From Actinomycetota bacterium (GTDB taxonomy: Bacteria; Actinomycetota; AC-67): a DNA stretch of 64,000 nucleotides. Location of the stretch: contig DASWIP010000031.1 in assembly GCA_036397635.1 (NCBI GenBank), positions 6,536 through 70,535 on the forward strand, in the 5' to 3' direction. Made by a program: the position numbers and the translations under genes. Of the stretch, positions 18,727 through 26,714 are shown one piece after another (position 1 is the stretch's first letter; each line of letters starts with the position of its first letter). The notes beneath the pieces are model-generated. The model ran no database searches. It had not been told where the DNA came from and saw only the letters and a program-made list of their open reading frames with translations.

Positions 18727-19313
18727 GGTGTTTCCTCTCTAGCGAGGAGCCCCGCGTCGCCTGCGTAGCTCCACATCTCGATCTCGAAGCGCTTGCGCGC
18801 GCGATGCAGGCGCGCGAGCACGGTTCCCAGAGGGACGTCGAGCATCTGGGCGATCTCTTTGGTCGACCATCCCTCCATGTAGTGCAGGACGAGCGGTGCT
18901 CGGTAGATGTCCTGGATCCGCATGAGCACCGCGTGGACATCCTCTTTCCCGAAGGCGCTGAGGAAGTCGTGGTGGAGCGTGTCGGAATAGGGGAAGGGAT
19001 CCTCGATCGCGATGGTTCGGTAGAGCGAGAAGTCGTCGATCTCTTCGACGCTGACCTCTTCCACCGCGCGCGATCGCTTCCGCAGTGTGTCGTGGAACAC
19101 GTTCACCAGGATCCGCTTGAGCCATGGTCCAACCGAGGCGTCGGTCTTCAGGGTCCCGAACGACCGGTAGGCCCGCAGCAGCGTCTCCTGCACCAGATCC
19201 TCCGCGCTCACCTCATCCAGCCGCCGCGCCAGTGAGTACAGGCCCGCCAGCTCGGGAAGCGTCAGCAACCGGAACGCCTCCTTCGTGCGGTCCTGCACCA
19301 CCTGTTCGTTCAT
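18723..19313 (-). CDS. ECF RNA polymerase sigma factor (SigR/SigE-like)
   Basis: Sigma-70 region 2 (LVQETLLRAYRSF) and region 4 (WSTKEIAQMLDVPLGTVLARLHRARKRF). ATG at 19313 chosen; the track ORF begins at a GTG at 19337. Confidence 0.85.
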   Translation of the reverse strand: MNEQVVQDRTKEAFRLLTLPELAGLYSLARRLDEVSAEDLVQETLLRAYRSFGTLKTDASVGPWLKRILVNVFHDTLRKRSRAVEEVSVEEIDDFSLYRTIAIEDPFPYSDTLHHDFLSAFGKEDVHAVLMRIQDIYRAPLVLHYMEGWSTKEIAQMLDVPLGTVLARLHRARKRFEIEMWSYAGDAGLLAREETP

Positions 19314-19378
19314 CGCGCGCGGCTTCGAACCTTCCACGAGGAGTCCTCACAGGGTTAGACGACGCCGAGGGCGATCCT

Positions 19379-19401
19379 ATTGCACGCCGGCACGATGCAA
19401 T
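19379..19401. promoter_or_regulatory. Palindrome ATTGCA-N11-TGCAAT in the divergent sigma / membrane-protein intergenic region (candidate operator)
   Basis: Inverted repeat read directly from the sequence. Confidence 0.3.
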
Positions 19402-19447
19402 ACAACTGTCGCGCCGACCGTCTTGTCATGGGCAGGAGGTGAGATCT

Positions 19448-19948
19448 ATGGCAAGCATCACACTGGAGGGCGATCGGTCGGCGACCGCCGACTCAATGCT
19501 CCGATCCGGCTCGTGGCTGATGGGTGTCGCGGCGGTGGGGTTCATCGGGTACTCGGTCATCTTCCTCATCAGGAACTTCACGGACAGCTTCCTCGAGCTG
19601 GGGATCGGCCCGAGCGAGGTCAACGTGGGCAAAGAGGCGATCCAGGCGTTCAGCCCGTCGCTGTACCACTACATCGGCCATCTCCACATCGCCGTTTCGG
19701 GCTTCATCGCTGCAACCGGTGTCGCGGTGCTGTTCCTGGTCGCGTACGGCGTGCGTCGCGGCCACCTGTGGGCGTGGATCGGCGCCGTCGCGGCACCCGT
19801 GCTGGGGCTCGCGGTTGCGCTGCCCGCGCACTATCCCAACAGCTTCGATACCGTCGGGCACCTGGGACTCATCTACTTGGCGGTCGTCATCTTCGTCGGG
19901 GGCGCCCTCGTAGCGCTCCGAGGCCTCGTCGACCATCGCCGCACGTAA
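19448..19948 (+). CDS. Integral membrane hypothetical protein (4 TM)
   Basis: AGGAGGTGA SD 5 nt before the ATG and four hydrophobic helices. The 5' part of track ORF 19124..19948 has no support. Confidence 0.6.
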   Translation: MASITLEGDRSATADSMLRSGSWLMGVAAVGFIGYSVIFLIRNFTDSFLELGIGPSEVNVGKEAIQAFSPSLYHYIGHLHIAVSGFIAATGVAVLFLVAYGVRRGHLWAWIGAVAAPVLGLAVALPAHYPNSFDTVGHLGLIYLAVVIFVGGALVALRGLVDHRRT

Positions 19949-20011
19949 ACGACAAGTTATCCCGGGGCCGGCGTCGAGGCTGGTCCGGGGGTCGACCTAC
20001 CGAAAGGAAGG

Positions 20012-20197
20012 ATGCCCGTGACCGAGACGTTGCTGTGCGCGAAATGCGGAGGTGCCGCCGATGGGTGGAAGTGCGCCATCTGCGGGTCCCTTGCGCGCGA
20101 TCACGATGCCAACCATATGCACGCCGGCTCGGATCGCTACTGCACGATCAAGTGCGCGGCGTGCAGCGAGGCCGACGTGCTCTGCACCTGTGTGTAG
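20012..20197 (+). CDS. Small Cys/His-rich protein (9 Cys in 61 aa; metallothionein- or zinc-ribbon-like)
   Basis: AAGGAAGG SD and the sequence CAKCGG...CAICGS...HMH...CTIKCAACSEADVLCTC. Confidence 0.5.
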   Translation: MPVTETLLCAKCGGAADGWKCAICGSLARDHDANHMHAGSDRYCTIKCAACSEADVLCTCV

Positions 20198-20255
20198 ACC
20201 TGATCGGGACCGGGTCGTCCTGGGTTGGCTGAGCCGGCGCCGTGATCCTCCGCGT

Positions 20256-20699
20256 CTAACCTTCGAGTTGGGCTTTGAGGCGCTCCAGCGCTTTGGTCGC
20301 CTCCTTGCGGATCGCCCCCGGCGCCACCCGCTTGGCGAGGAAGCCTCGGACCCCCTTGGCGGAGGGGATCCCGACGGTTCTCGTGACGAGCGTGCCGCCG
20401 TCCTTCGCCTCGAGCGTGAAGGCGTGTGTGAACGTCCCGTCATCCTGCGCCGCGTCGAACGCCACCTGCTTGGGCGAATCGTACTGCGTGATCCGGATGC
20501 GGGCGCCGACATCCTTCCCGAGGAACTTGGAGCTCGACGTGAACTCGCTGCCTACGGCGATCGGCGCCTCGCTCGCGGCTGACACCTTGAGCGGGGCCTT
20601 CGCGCTCCAGGCGCCGTGATTGGTCGGGTCGCCGATGTGCTCGAAGACCGTGTCCGGCGGCGCATCGATCCACACCGAGGCTTCCGAGGTGATTTCCAT
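20256..20699 (-). CDS. SRPBCC-superfamily protein (polyketide cyclase/dehydrase-like)
   Basis: Start MEITSEASVWIDAPPDTVFEHI is typical of SRPBCC/activator-of-Hsp90 ATPase homologues. Internal ATG at 20699 chosen. Confidence 0.7.
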   Translation of the reverse strand: MEITSEASVWIDAPPDTVFEHIGDPTNHGAWSAKAPLKVSAASEAPIAVGSEFTSSSKFLGKDVGARIRITQYDSPKQVAFDAAQDDGTFTHAFTLEAKDGGTLVTRTVGIPSAKGVRGFLAKRVAPGAIRKEATKALERLKAQLEG

Positions 20700-20767
20700 A
20701 TCGTGCACCTCCCGCTTGCGCTCCCCGCAGCCTACGCCGGTGGGATCAGGTTGTCGCACCTCGTGCC

Positions 20768-22063
20768 TCATGCTCCCTTGGCCGGGTGACCCGGTCGGGA
20801 AGGAGTGCCGCCGCCGGCCGCCCAGCGGTAGATGCCTTTCGCCATGACCGAGGACTCAGTCTCGGCAAGGAGATCGAAGATCTCCCGGTGAGCAGATCCG
20901 ACCGTCGGATCATCGGGAGCGGCGCGCCAAGCGAGGTCGGCGAGGTGTGCGGCCAACCGCAAGCGCCCCTCCGCGGCGCGTTCGCGCGCGGTTGCGGCCA
21001 GGCGGTCGGCACCACCGGCGAGCGCCGCGATCTCTGCGGCTGCTTCGCTGTCGCGCGGTGGTTTGAGCCGAGATGGGTTGCCGTCGTACCAGCCGCCGTA
21101 GAGGCGCCACACGTTGCGTACCACGAACTCGGGATCGTCGTAGATCGGTTGGAGGTACGGCCGGTCGAGCAGATGGGCGGGGGTCGTCACGGTGTGGATG
21201 ATCTCGTCGAGCGTCGCGCCGGCGTTCATCATCTCGACGGTGCGGTCGTGCAGATGCTCGAGCAGCTCCGCGGTGTCCGACAACGCCTGCCGGATCCGGC
21301 CGGCGCCGACGATGAGGAAGCCGTGCCCCGGAAGGAGCAGCTCGGCGCCAAGGTCGGCCATCATCCGCAGCGCGCGCGCCCACTCGCGCGGGTACCGCTG
21401 TACCTTCTGCGGGTTGCCAGCGTTCGGCGTGGCCCAGATGAACAGATCGCCGGAACACAGGACGCGGCGGGACGGCACCCAGGTCCAGGTGTGGTCGTCG
21501 GTCTCGCCGCGCGCGTGATGCAGCTCGAATCGGTCGGCGCCGGCCTTCACGCTCAGCGAGTCGCGGTAGGTCCGGTCGGGCTGCGGGTACTCCGTCGGCC
21601 ACGTGAACTGGTCGGTAAGCCCGAACTGCCGCTGGTTGATCACCGCGTTATAGCCGGCGGTGAGGACGTAGCGCTCGAACCGGGCGGGAACGGCTTCGTG
21701 CGCGATCACTTCGGGTGGCGGCCAGCCGTTCGCGCGCGCCTCTTCCTCGAACGGCGCGACGCCGAAGACGTGATCGATGTGGCCGTGCGAGAACACCGCG
21801 AGGTTCAGCCGGCTGTGGTCCCAGGACCGGATGCGCTCGTGGTGCATGGATGCGAGCCCGAACTCGCCGGTATCGACGAGCACGAGCCCTTCGTTGGTGC
21901 GGAAGGCGGCGACGTTCGACAGCGTTGTGCTGAAGAACACGCCGGGGGCGATCTCCTCGCCGCCGCCCGTCTCCCGTATCCCGCCCGACAACGGGTGCTC
22001 ACGCGTGAGATCGAGCTCGCCGTTCCACGCGCGCTCGGCCCGCTCGAGCAACCCGCCACTCAT
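20768..22063 (-). CDS. MBL-fold metallohydrolase, alkyl/aryl-sulfatase (SdsA1/BDS1)-like
   Basis: HGHIDH metal-binding motif and a long C-terminal dimerisation / SCP2-like region, about 430 aa in total. Confidence 0.75.
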   Translation of the reverse strand: MSGGLLERAERAWNGELDLTREHPLSGGIRETGGGEEIAPGVFFSTTLSNVAAFRTNEGLVLVDTGEFGLASMHHERIRSWDHSRLNLAVFSHGHIDHVFGVAPFEEEARANGWPPPEVIAHEAVPARFERYVLTAGYNAVINQRQFGLTDQFTWPTEYPQPDRTYRDSLSVKAGADRFELHHARGETDDHTWTWVPSRRVLCSGDLFIWATPNAGNPQKVQRYPREWARALRMMADLGAELLLPGHGFLIVGAGRIRQALSDTAELLEHLHDRTVEMMNAGATLDEIIHTVTTPAHLLDRPYLQPIYDDPEFVVRNVWRLYGGWYDGNPSRLKPPRDSEAAAEIAALAGGADRLAATARERAAEGRLRLAAHLADLAWRAAPDDPTVGSAHREIFDLLAETESSVMAKGIYRWAAGGGTPSRPGHPAKGA

Positions 22064-22322
22064 GGGCGCGTATGGTACTTGGCGACGACGCCCGACGACG
22101 CCGACGCAGGGTTCACTCAGACGCCGACTCGTTGAGGCTCGGCTCGGACCGGATCGATGATGAGACTGGAAGTGAAAGCACGAACGCGCTTCCGGCCGGC
22201 CCTCCGGGAGGTGTCTCGCCCTATAAGGTCAGGGTCGGAAGGTCGATCGACTCGCGGCAAGGGAACCCGATGGTCTCGATGCCCGTCCCATGTTTAGGAC
22301 GTGGGTTAGAAAGGAGCAGAAC

Positions 22323-23225
22323 GTGAGGCTCCGTGCGCCGGTTGCGGCGGCCGCCGCGGTCGCGGTGGCGCTCGGCGCGGCCGTCGGTGTGTTGGTCGCC
22401 CGCGACGACGAACCCGACCCGACGCCGACCCCGGGACCGCCGCTTGGACAGACCGAGCTCGCGTACTTGCTCACCGATCGATTCGATCCGATCTTCTTCT
22501 GCGATCCGGACTTCTACCCGGTCGGTAGCGATGAGGGTGAGCGGACCAACGCGCGCACCTGGTGGACCTCGGCGGATCGAGACGGTGATGAGGTGACGAC
22601 GATACTTGCGCACCTCGGTCTCTCGGGTGAACTGGACGATGAGGAGGCCCTGCGCGCCTATCGCGAGCACAAGCGATTGATGGCGATCGGGCTCGAGCCG
22701 GACGGCGCCGGCCTCCGCTTCGCATTGCGCTCCGGGCAAGAACAGGATGCGGTCCAGGTAACCGGAATGATCGCTCGTGACGGGACGATCCGGACTGAGG
22801 CGCAAGAGCCGGCGAACACGGCCTGCCCGATCTGCCTCCAGGCCGGAACGCTGATCGATACCCCCGACGGGCGGGTACCCATCGCGGCGCTTCGCCCGGG
22901 GATGCGCGTCTGGACCGCGGACGAGGCAGGACTTCGGATCGAAGCCATCGTGCTGCGGACGTCGCGACGGGCCGTCGGTTCACCATCGCTGCTCGTCCGC
23001 GTCACGCTCGCGGACGGACGGAATATCGTTGCTTCCGCTGCGCACCCCACCGCCGACGGGAGCCACCTCGGCGCACTGTTGCCCGGCGGGATCCTCGACG
23101 GGTCCGGCGTGACTTCGGTCCAGATCGTCCCCGCGTCCGGCGGTGTGACCTACGACCTGCTTCCGTCCGGCCCGACCGGCTCGTACTGGGCGGACGGCGT
23201 GCTCGTGGGAAGCACCCTCGGCTGA
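22323..23225 (+). CDS. Secreted protein with C-terminal Hint (bacterial intein-like, BIL) domain
   Basis: AAAGGAG SD 6 nt before the GTG at 22323 (an in-frame ATG at 22290 is the alternative). N-terminal signal-anchor AAAAVAVALGAAVGVLVA. Hint N-block CPICLQAGTLIDTPDGRVPIAALRPGMRVWT. Intein-like C-block TYDLLPSGPTGSYWADGVLVGS, lacking the terminal HN. Confidence 0.65.
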   Translation: MRLRAPVAAAAAVAVALGAAVGVLVARDDEPDPTPTPGPPLGQTELAYLLTDRFDPIFFCDPDFYPVGSDEGERTNARTWWTSADRDGDEVTTILAHLGLSGELDDEEALRAYREHKRLMAIGLEPDGAGLRFALRSGQEQDAVQVTGMIARDGTIRTEAQEPANTACPICLQAGTLIDTPDGRVPIAALRPGMRVWTADEAGLRIEAIVLRTSRRAVGSPSLLVRVTLADGRNIVASAAHPTADGSHLGALLPGGILDGSGVTSVQIVPASGGVTYDLLPSGPTGSYWADGVLVGSTLG

Positions 23226-23272
23226 TGGTGTGCGACCAGCGCGGTGGCCGCGGAACTAGTGGGTAGGGGTTG

Positions 23273-24961
23273 TCAATGGGCTGGGCCCGCCCACTCGGGG
23301 AAGGGGCTCGGGGTGGGCGGTGCGACCTCCGTGAAGTAGCGGATCATCCAGTACGGCGTGAGGAAGTCCAGACCGGGCATGCGCCACGAGCGAGGTTGCC
23401 CGTTCCCCAATCCATCGAGAAGCCTCGGGCCGCGCTGCCATAGGAAGTCCCAGGGCGGGCGTACGGCGACCGGCAGAGGGTCCCTCGCCTTCCATCCTGG
23501 GCTCTGGCTCACCGGTGGAGCGTCGGGTTGTCCCGGCCGCCAGGCCACCGGACCGACCGGCGTGTACACGTGGTACTCGTCTTGCGGCACGCACTCGAGA
23601 TCGTTGCCGCAACGCGGGCTGTTGAGCACGAGCTCCCCTGTCGAGATCCGCGCACGGTACTGCAGCCACTCCCGCAGATGGGTGACGGCGGCGTCGAGGC
23701 GCCAGGCGTCGCCGGTGAGGGCGTACGTGATCGCCTCGAAATGGGCGTTGATGGCGTCGCGCGTTGACTTGTCCTCTACCGCGAAGCCGGCTGCCAGGAA
23801 CTCGCGCTCGGCCCCGGTTGTGGTGCGCAGAAGGTTGAACGCGTTCAGGTGGTGCAGGTTGTACTTGTAGTACGGCTCGTAATTCTCGAGGTTGTCGACC
23901 TCCATCGATGGTCCGAGTTCGGGACCCTGGTTCGCGAATTCCTCCAGCCACACCGCGTTCCACTTCTGCCGGTCCTCCTCAGTGCCCCCGTTGTTCAAGA
24001 CATGCCGGACGGCATTCGTCATGTTCAGCCGAGCCATCGGGACGTGAACGAAGAGGGGCGAGATGAAACCGTCGAAATCGTTCTTCGTCGTCACGTACCC
24101 ATGGGGACGGGGGTAGAACCAGCCGTACTTCAGCAGGAAGTTGCCCATCGAGAGGAGATCCTCGCGGATCTGATCGGCCAGCTCGGGCTCGTCCGGGCCG
24201 ACGAGGTCGAAGATCGTGAGCAAGCCGAAGGTCAGGCCCGCGTATGTGTCGCGGCTTGGCGAGGTTTCGCAGTAGTAGGTGCCACCGTCGCCCGAGGTCC
24301 AGGTGATCTCGTAGACGCGGTTGCTGTTGTTGTTCACCGGCTCTACCTCGTCGACCGTGGGTGGGTTGATCCCCATCTGGCCCAGCCCGACCGGTGTGCA
24401 GGTTCGCATGAGCATGCCGCGCTCGCCTTCGATGATCCCTCCACCGAAGTCGGCTGCGTGACGCTTCCCCGTCGGATCGGAGTTGACGCTCGGAGGGATC
24501 TTGAGGCCCCCGCGCCAATCCTCTGCGATGTTGATCTCGCGATGCTGGGCGACCAGGATCGTCTCGATCCTGCTCAAGGCCTCGTCTCGTTGTGCGGTCC
24601 AGAACGCCGTGTCATCACCGGCGGCGAGGTGGGCTTTCGCGACGGCGTAACGCATCGCCTCTGCGCCGGCGTAGACGCCGGTCCACTCTCCGCTATCACC
24701 CCACGACCATGTGCTCTCCACATCGCCAGGGATCTGTTCCGCGGTGCGGAAGTTGATCTCGACGATATGACCCTGCTGGAACGAGTCGTTGATCTTGGTC
24801 TCCAGGTCGACCATCGCGGCGGTGTCGGCGTCCGTCGTCAAGGGCCCTACCAACGGCGGCGTGGGCGGCGATGCGGGACTGGCCGAACCGGCGATCGACG
24901 TTGAGGCGAGAACGACTGCTACGAGCGCTCGTCTCATATGAGCAACATGTGCGCGATCCAT
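23273..24961 (-). CDS. Secreted protein, paralogue P1 of an unrecognised ~550-600 aa family (putative carbohydrate-active enzyme)
   Basis: GAAAGGAGAG SD before the ATG at 24961, then signal peptide ...MRRALVAVVLASTSIAGSA. Shared family motifs are FGGG(V/I)xGExGxLMRxCTP, YxCxxTSRDxYAG, ALKYLWNxPRPHG, PLFVYVPMARLNM, YYKYxLHH and LPYWM(I/L)RYYTE. The gene lies 31 nt downstream of P2. Confidence 0.75.
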   Translation of the reverse strand: MDRAHVAHMRRALVAVVLASTSIAGSASPASPPTPPLVGPLTTDADTAAMVDLETKINDSFQQGHIVEINFRTAEQIPGDVESTWSWGDSGEWTGVYAGAEAMRYAVAKAHLAAGDDTAFWTAQRDEALSRIETILVAQHREINIAEDWRGGLKIPPSVNSDPTGKRHAADFGGGIIEGERGMLMRTCTPVGLGQMGINPPTVDEVEPVNNNSNRVYEITWTSGDGGTYYCETSPSRDTYAGLTFGLLTIFDLVGPDEPELADQIREDLLSMGNFLLKYGWFYPRPHGYVTTKNDFDGFISPLFVHVPMARLNMTNAVRHVLNNGGTEEDRQKWNAVWLEEFANQGPELGPSMEVDNLENYEPYYKYNLHHLNAFNLLRTTTGAEREFLAAGFAVEDKSTRDAINAHFEAITYALTGDAWRLDAAVTHLREWLQYRARISTGELVLNSPRCGNDLECVPQDEYHVYTPVGPVAWRPGQPDAPPVSQSPGWKARDPLPVAVRPPWDFLWQRGPRLLDGLGNGQPRSWRMPGLDFLTPYWMIRYFTEVAPPTPSPFPEWAGPAH

Positions 24962-24992
24962 GGGCTCTCCTTTCGAAGGCACCGGCGGGCGT

Positions 24993-26627
24993 TCATCGGA
25001 AGATGGGACCGGGCCACGCCGGGAACGGCGAGAGCGCAGGCGGGGCGGCCTCGGTGTAGTAGCGGATCATCCAGTAGGGGAGGAGGAAGTCTGCGCCGGG
25101 TGATTCCCACCGCGGATCGTTCGGACCGCCGTCGAGGATCGTCGGATCCTTCTGCCACATGAAGTCCGCGGGGTATCGCAGAGCGACCGGAAGCGGATCC
25201 TGCGCGCGCTGCCGGTCGTCGAAGCCCGGCTGGGACACGATCAGGTCCTCCCCCTCCGGGAGCGGCTGGACCATGTCGACTTGATCGCGGGGGACGCAGG
25301 TCAGCGTGGTGCCGCATGCGGCGCTGTTGTTGACCACGTTCCCGTTGGCGTCGGCGTTGGCCCGATAGTCCAGCCACTGTCGATGATGCTCGACGGCGTC
25401 GTCCAGCCTCGGTTCTTCGCCGGTGAGCGCGAACGTGATCGCCTCGAACAAGGCGTTGACGTCGTCGCCGGTGGTGGCGTCCATGACCCCGAACGCCTGA
25501 GCGAACACCTCGCGCAGGACGGGATCCTGCTCGAGCCGGACCAGGTTGAATCCGGTGATGTGATGCAGGTGGTACTTGTAATACCCGCCGTGGGGCCCGG
25601 CCGCGTCGATCTCCATCGACGCCGCCAGCACTGGAACCTGCGAGGCCAGTTCCTCGGCCCACAGAGCCTCGTAGCGCGCCACGTGCTCGGCCGTGCCGGC
25701 TTCGCGCGCGGCGTGGCGCGCCACCTGAAGCATGTTCAGCCGCGCCATCGGGACGTAGACGAACAGCGGGGATACGAAGTTGTCGAGGTCGTTTCCGCCG
25801 AACAGCTCGGGGACGACGACCTCGCCGTGTGGCCGCGGCGTGTTCCACAGGTACTTCAGCGCGTAGTCGGTCATCGCCATCAGGTCGTGGCGGATCGTCT
25901 CGCGCATCGCGGGATCGTCGGCGGTGACAAGATCGAATGCCGTTGCGAGCCCGAACGTCACACCCGCGTAGGCGTCGCGGCTGGTCGCGTCGAGGCAGTA
26001 GTACTGCTCTCCATCCTCCCAGTCGAGAGGACCGACGAGCCGGTCCCGACCCGGGTCGCGACCGACGTTGAGAGGCGGGGGCGCGTCCACCGGAGTGCAG
26101 GCCCGGAAGAGGAGGCCGGCCTCGCCGGGGAACACGCCGCCACCGAAGTCGATGTATCCGTCATCGGTCGGCTCTCGATCATCGTTGACGCGCGGATCGA
26201 ACTCGGTCTGCCAGGCGGCCGAGATGTTGATCAACAGGTGGAACTGTTCCACCATCTGGTCGACACGTGACTTGGCCTGTGCCTTCTGGGCTTCCCAGAA
26301 CGAGGCGTCCTCACCCGCGGCAAGCTTCTGGGCCGCGAGCGCGTATCGGAACGCCTCCGCTGCGAGGTAGTTGCCGGTGTACAGGGCCGAGTCGTTCTCG
26401 CCAACCAGGGTGAGGATCTCGCCTTCCGCGCGCTCGGAGTCCACGTAGTACTGCTCGTGGATCTGCCCGTAGTGGAAATGGTCCAGGATGCGGTCCTCGA
26501 ACCAGGAGGCTGCGGTGAGGTCGGCGTCGGTGTCCAGCGGCGCGCCGAAGGGCTGCTCGGCGCGCGCAGGTGCGCTCGCGGCGAGGAGTCCGGTGATCGC
26601 GAGAACGATCGGCAACCTTGGGCGCAT
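24993..26627 (-). CDS. Secreted protein, paralogue P2 of the same family
   Basis: GGGAGGAG SD, signal peptide MRPRLPIVLAITGLLAASAPARA, and the same motif set as P1. Confidence 0.8.
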   Translation of the reverse strand: MRPRLPIVLAITGLLAASAPARAEQPFGAPLDTDADLTAASWFEDRILDHFHYGQIHEQYYVDSERAEGEILTLVGENDSALYTGNYLAAEAFRYALAAQKLAAGEDASFWEAQKAQAKSRVDQMVEQFHLLINISAAWQTEFDPRVNDDREPTDDGYIDFGGGVFPGEAGLLFRACTPVDAPPPLNVGRDPGRDRLVGPLDWEDGEQYYCLDATSRDAYAGVTFGLATAFDLVTADDPAMRETIRHDLMAMTDYALKYLWNTPRPHGEVVVPELFGGNDLDNFVSPLFVYVPMARLNMLQVARHAAREAGTAEHVARYEALWAEELASQVPVLAASMEIDAAGPHGGYYKYHLHHITGFNLVRLEQDPVLREVFAQAFGVMDATTGDDVNALFEAITFALTGEEPRLDDAVEHHRQWLDYRANADANGNVVNNSAACGTTLTCVPRDQVDMVQPLPEGEDLIVSQPGFDDRQRAQDPLPVALRYPADFMWQKDPTILDGGPNDPRWESPGADFLLPYWMIRYYTEAAPPALSPFPAWPGPIFR

Positions 26628-26645
26628 CCTGGGTTCTCCTCCCTG

Positions 26646-26680
26646 GGTTTGTACGGAAATCTTACGAAATACCCCGCGGG
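26646..26680. promoter_or_regulatory. Conserved AT-rich direct-repeat motif site A (TTTGTACGGAAATCTTACGAAATACC + CCGCGG), promoter region of P2-P1
   Basis: Shares 20/26 identity with site B. The 46 nt upstream of the P2 ATG align almost base-for-base with the 46 nt upstream of the P3 ATG (GGTATTTCGTAAGATTTCCGTACAAA vs GGTATTTGTAAGGTATTCGTACGAAT). Confidence 0.45.
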
Positions 26681-26714
26681 GAGGTTTCGACGCTGTGTGC
26701 CCCGCGTCCTGCCT

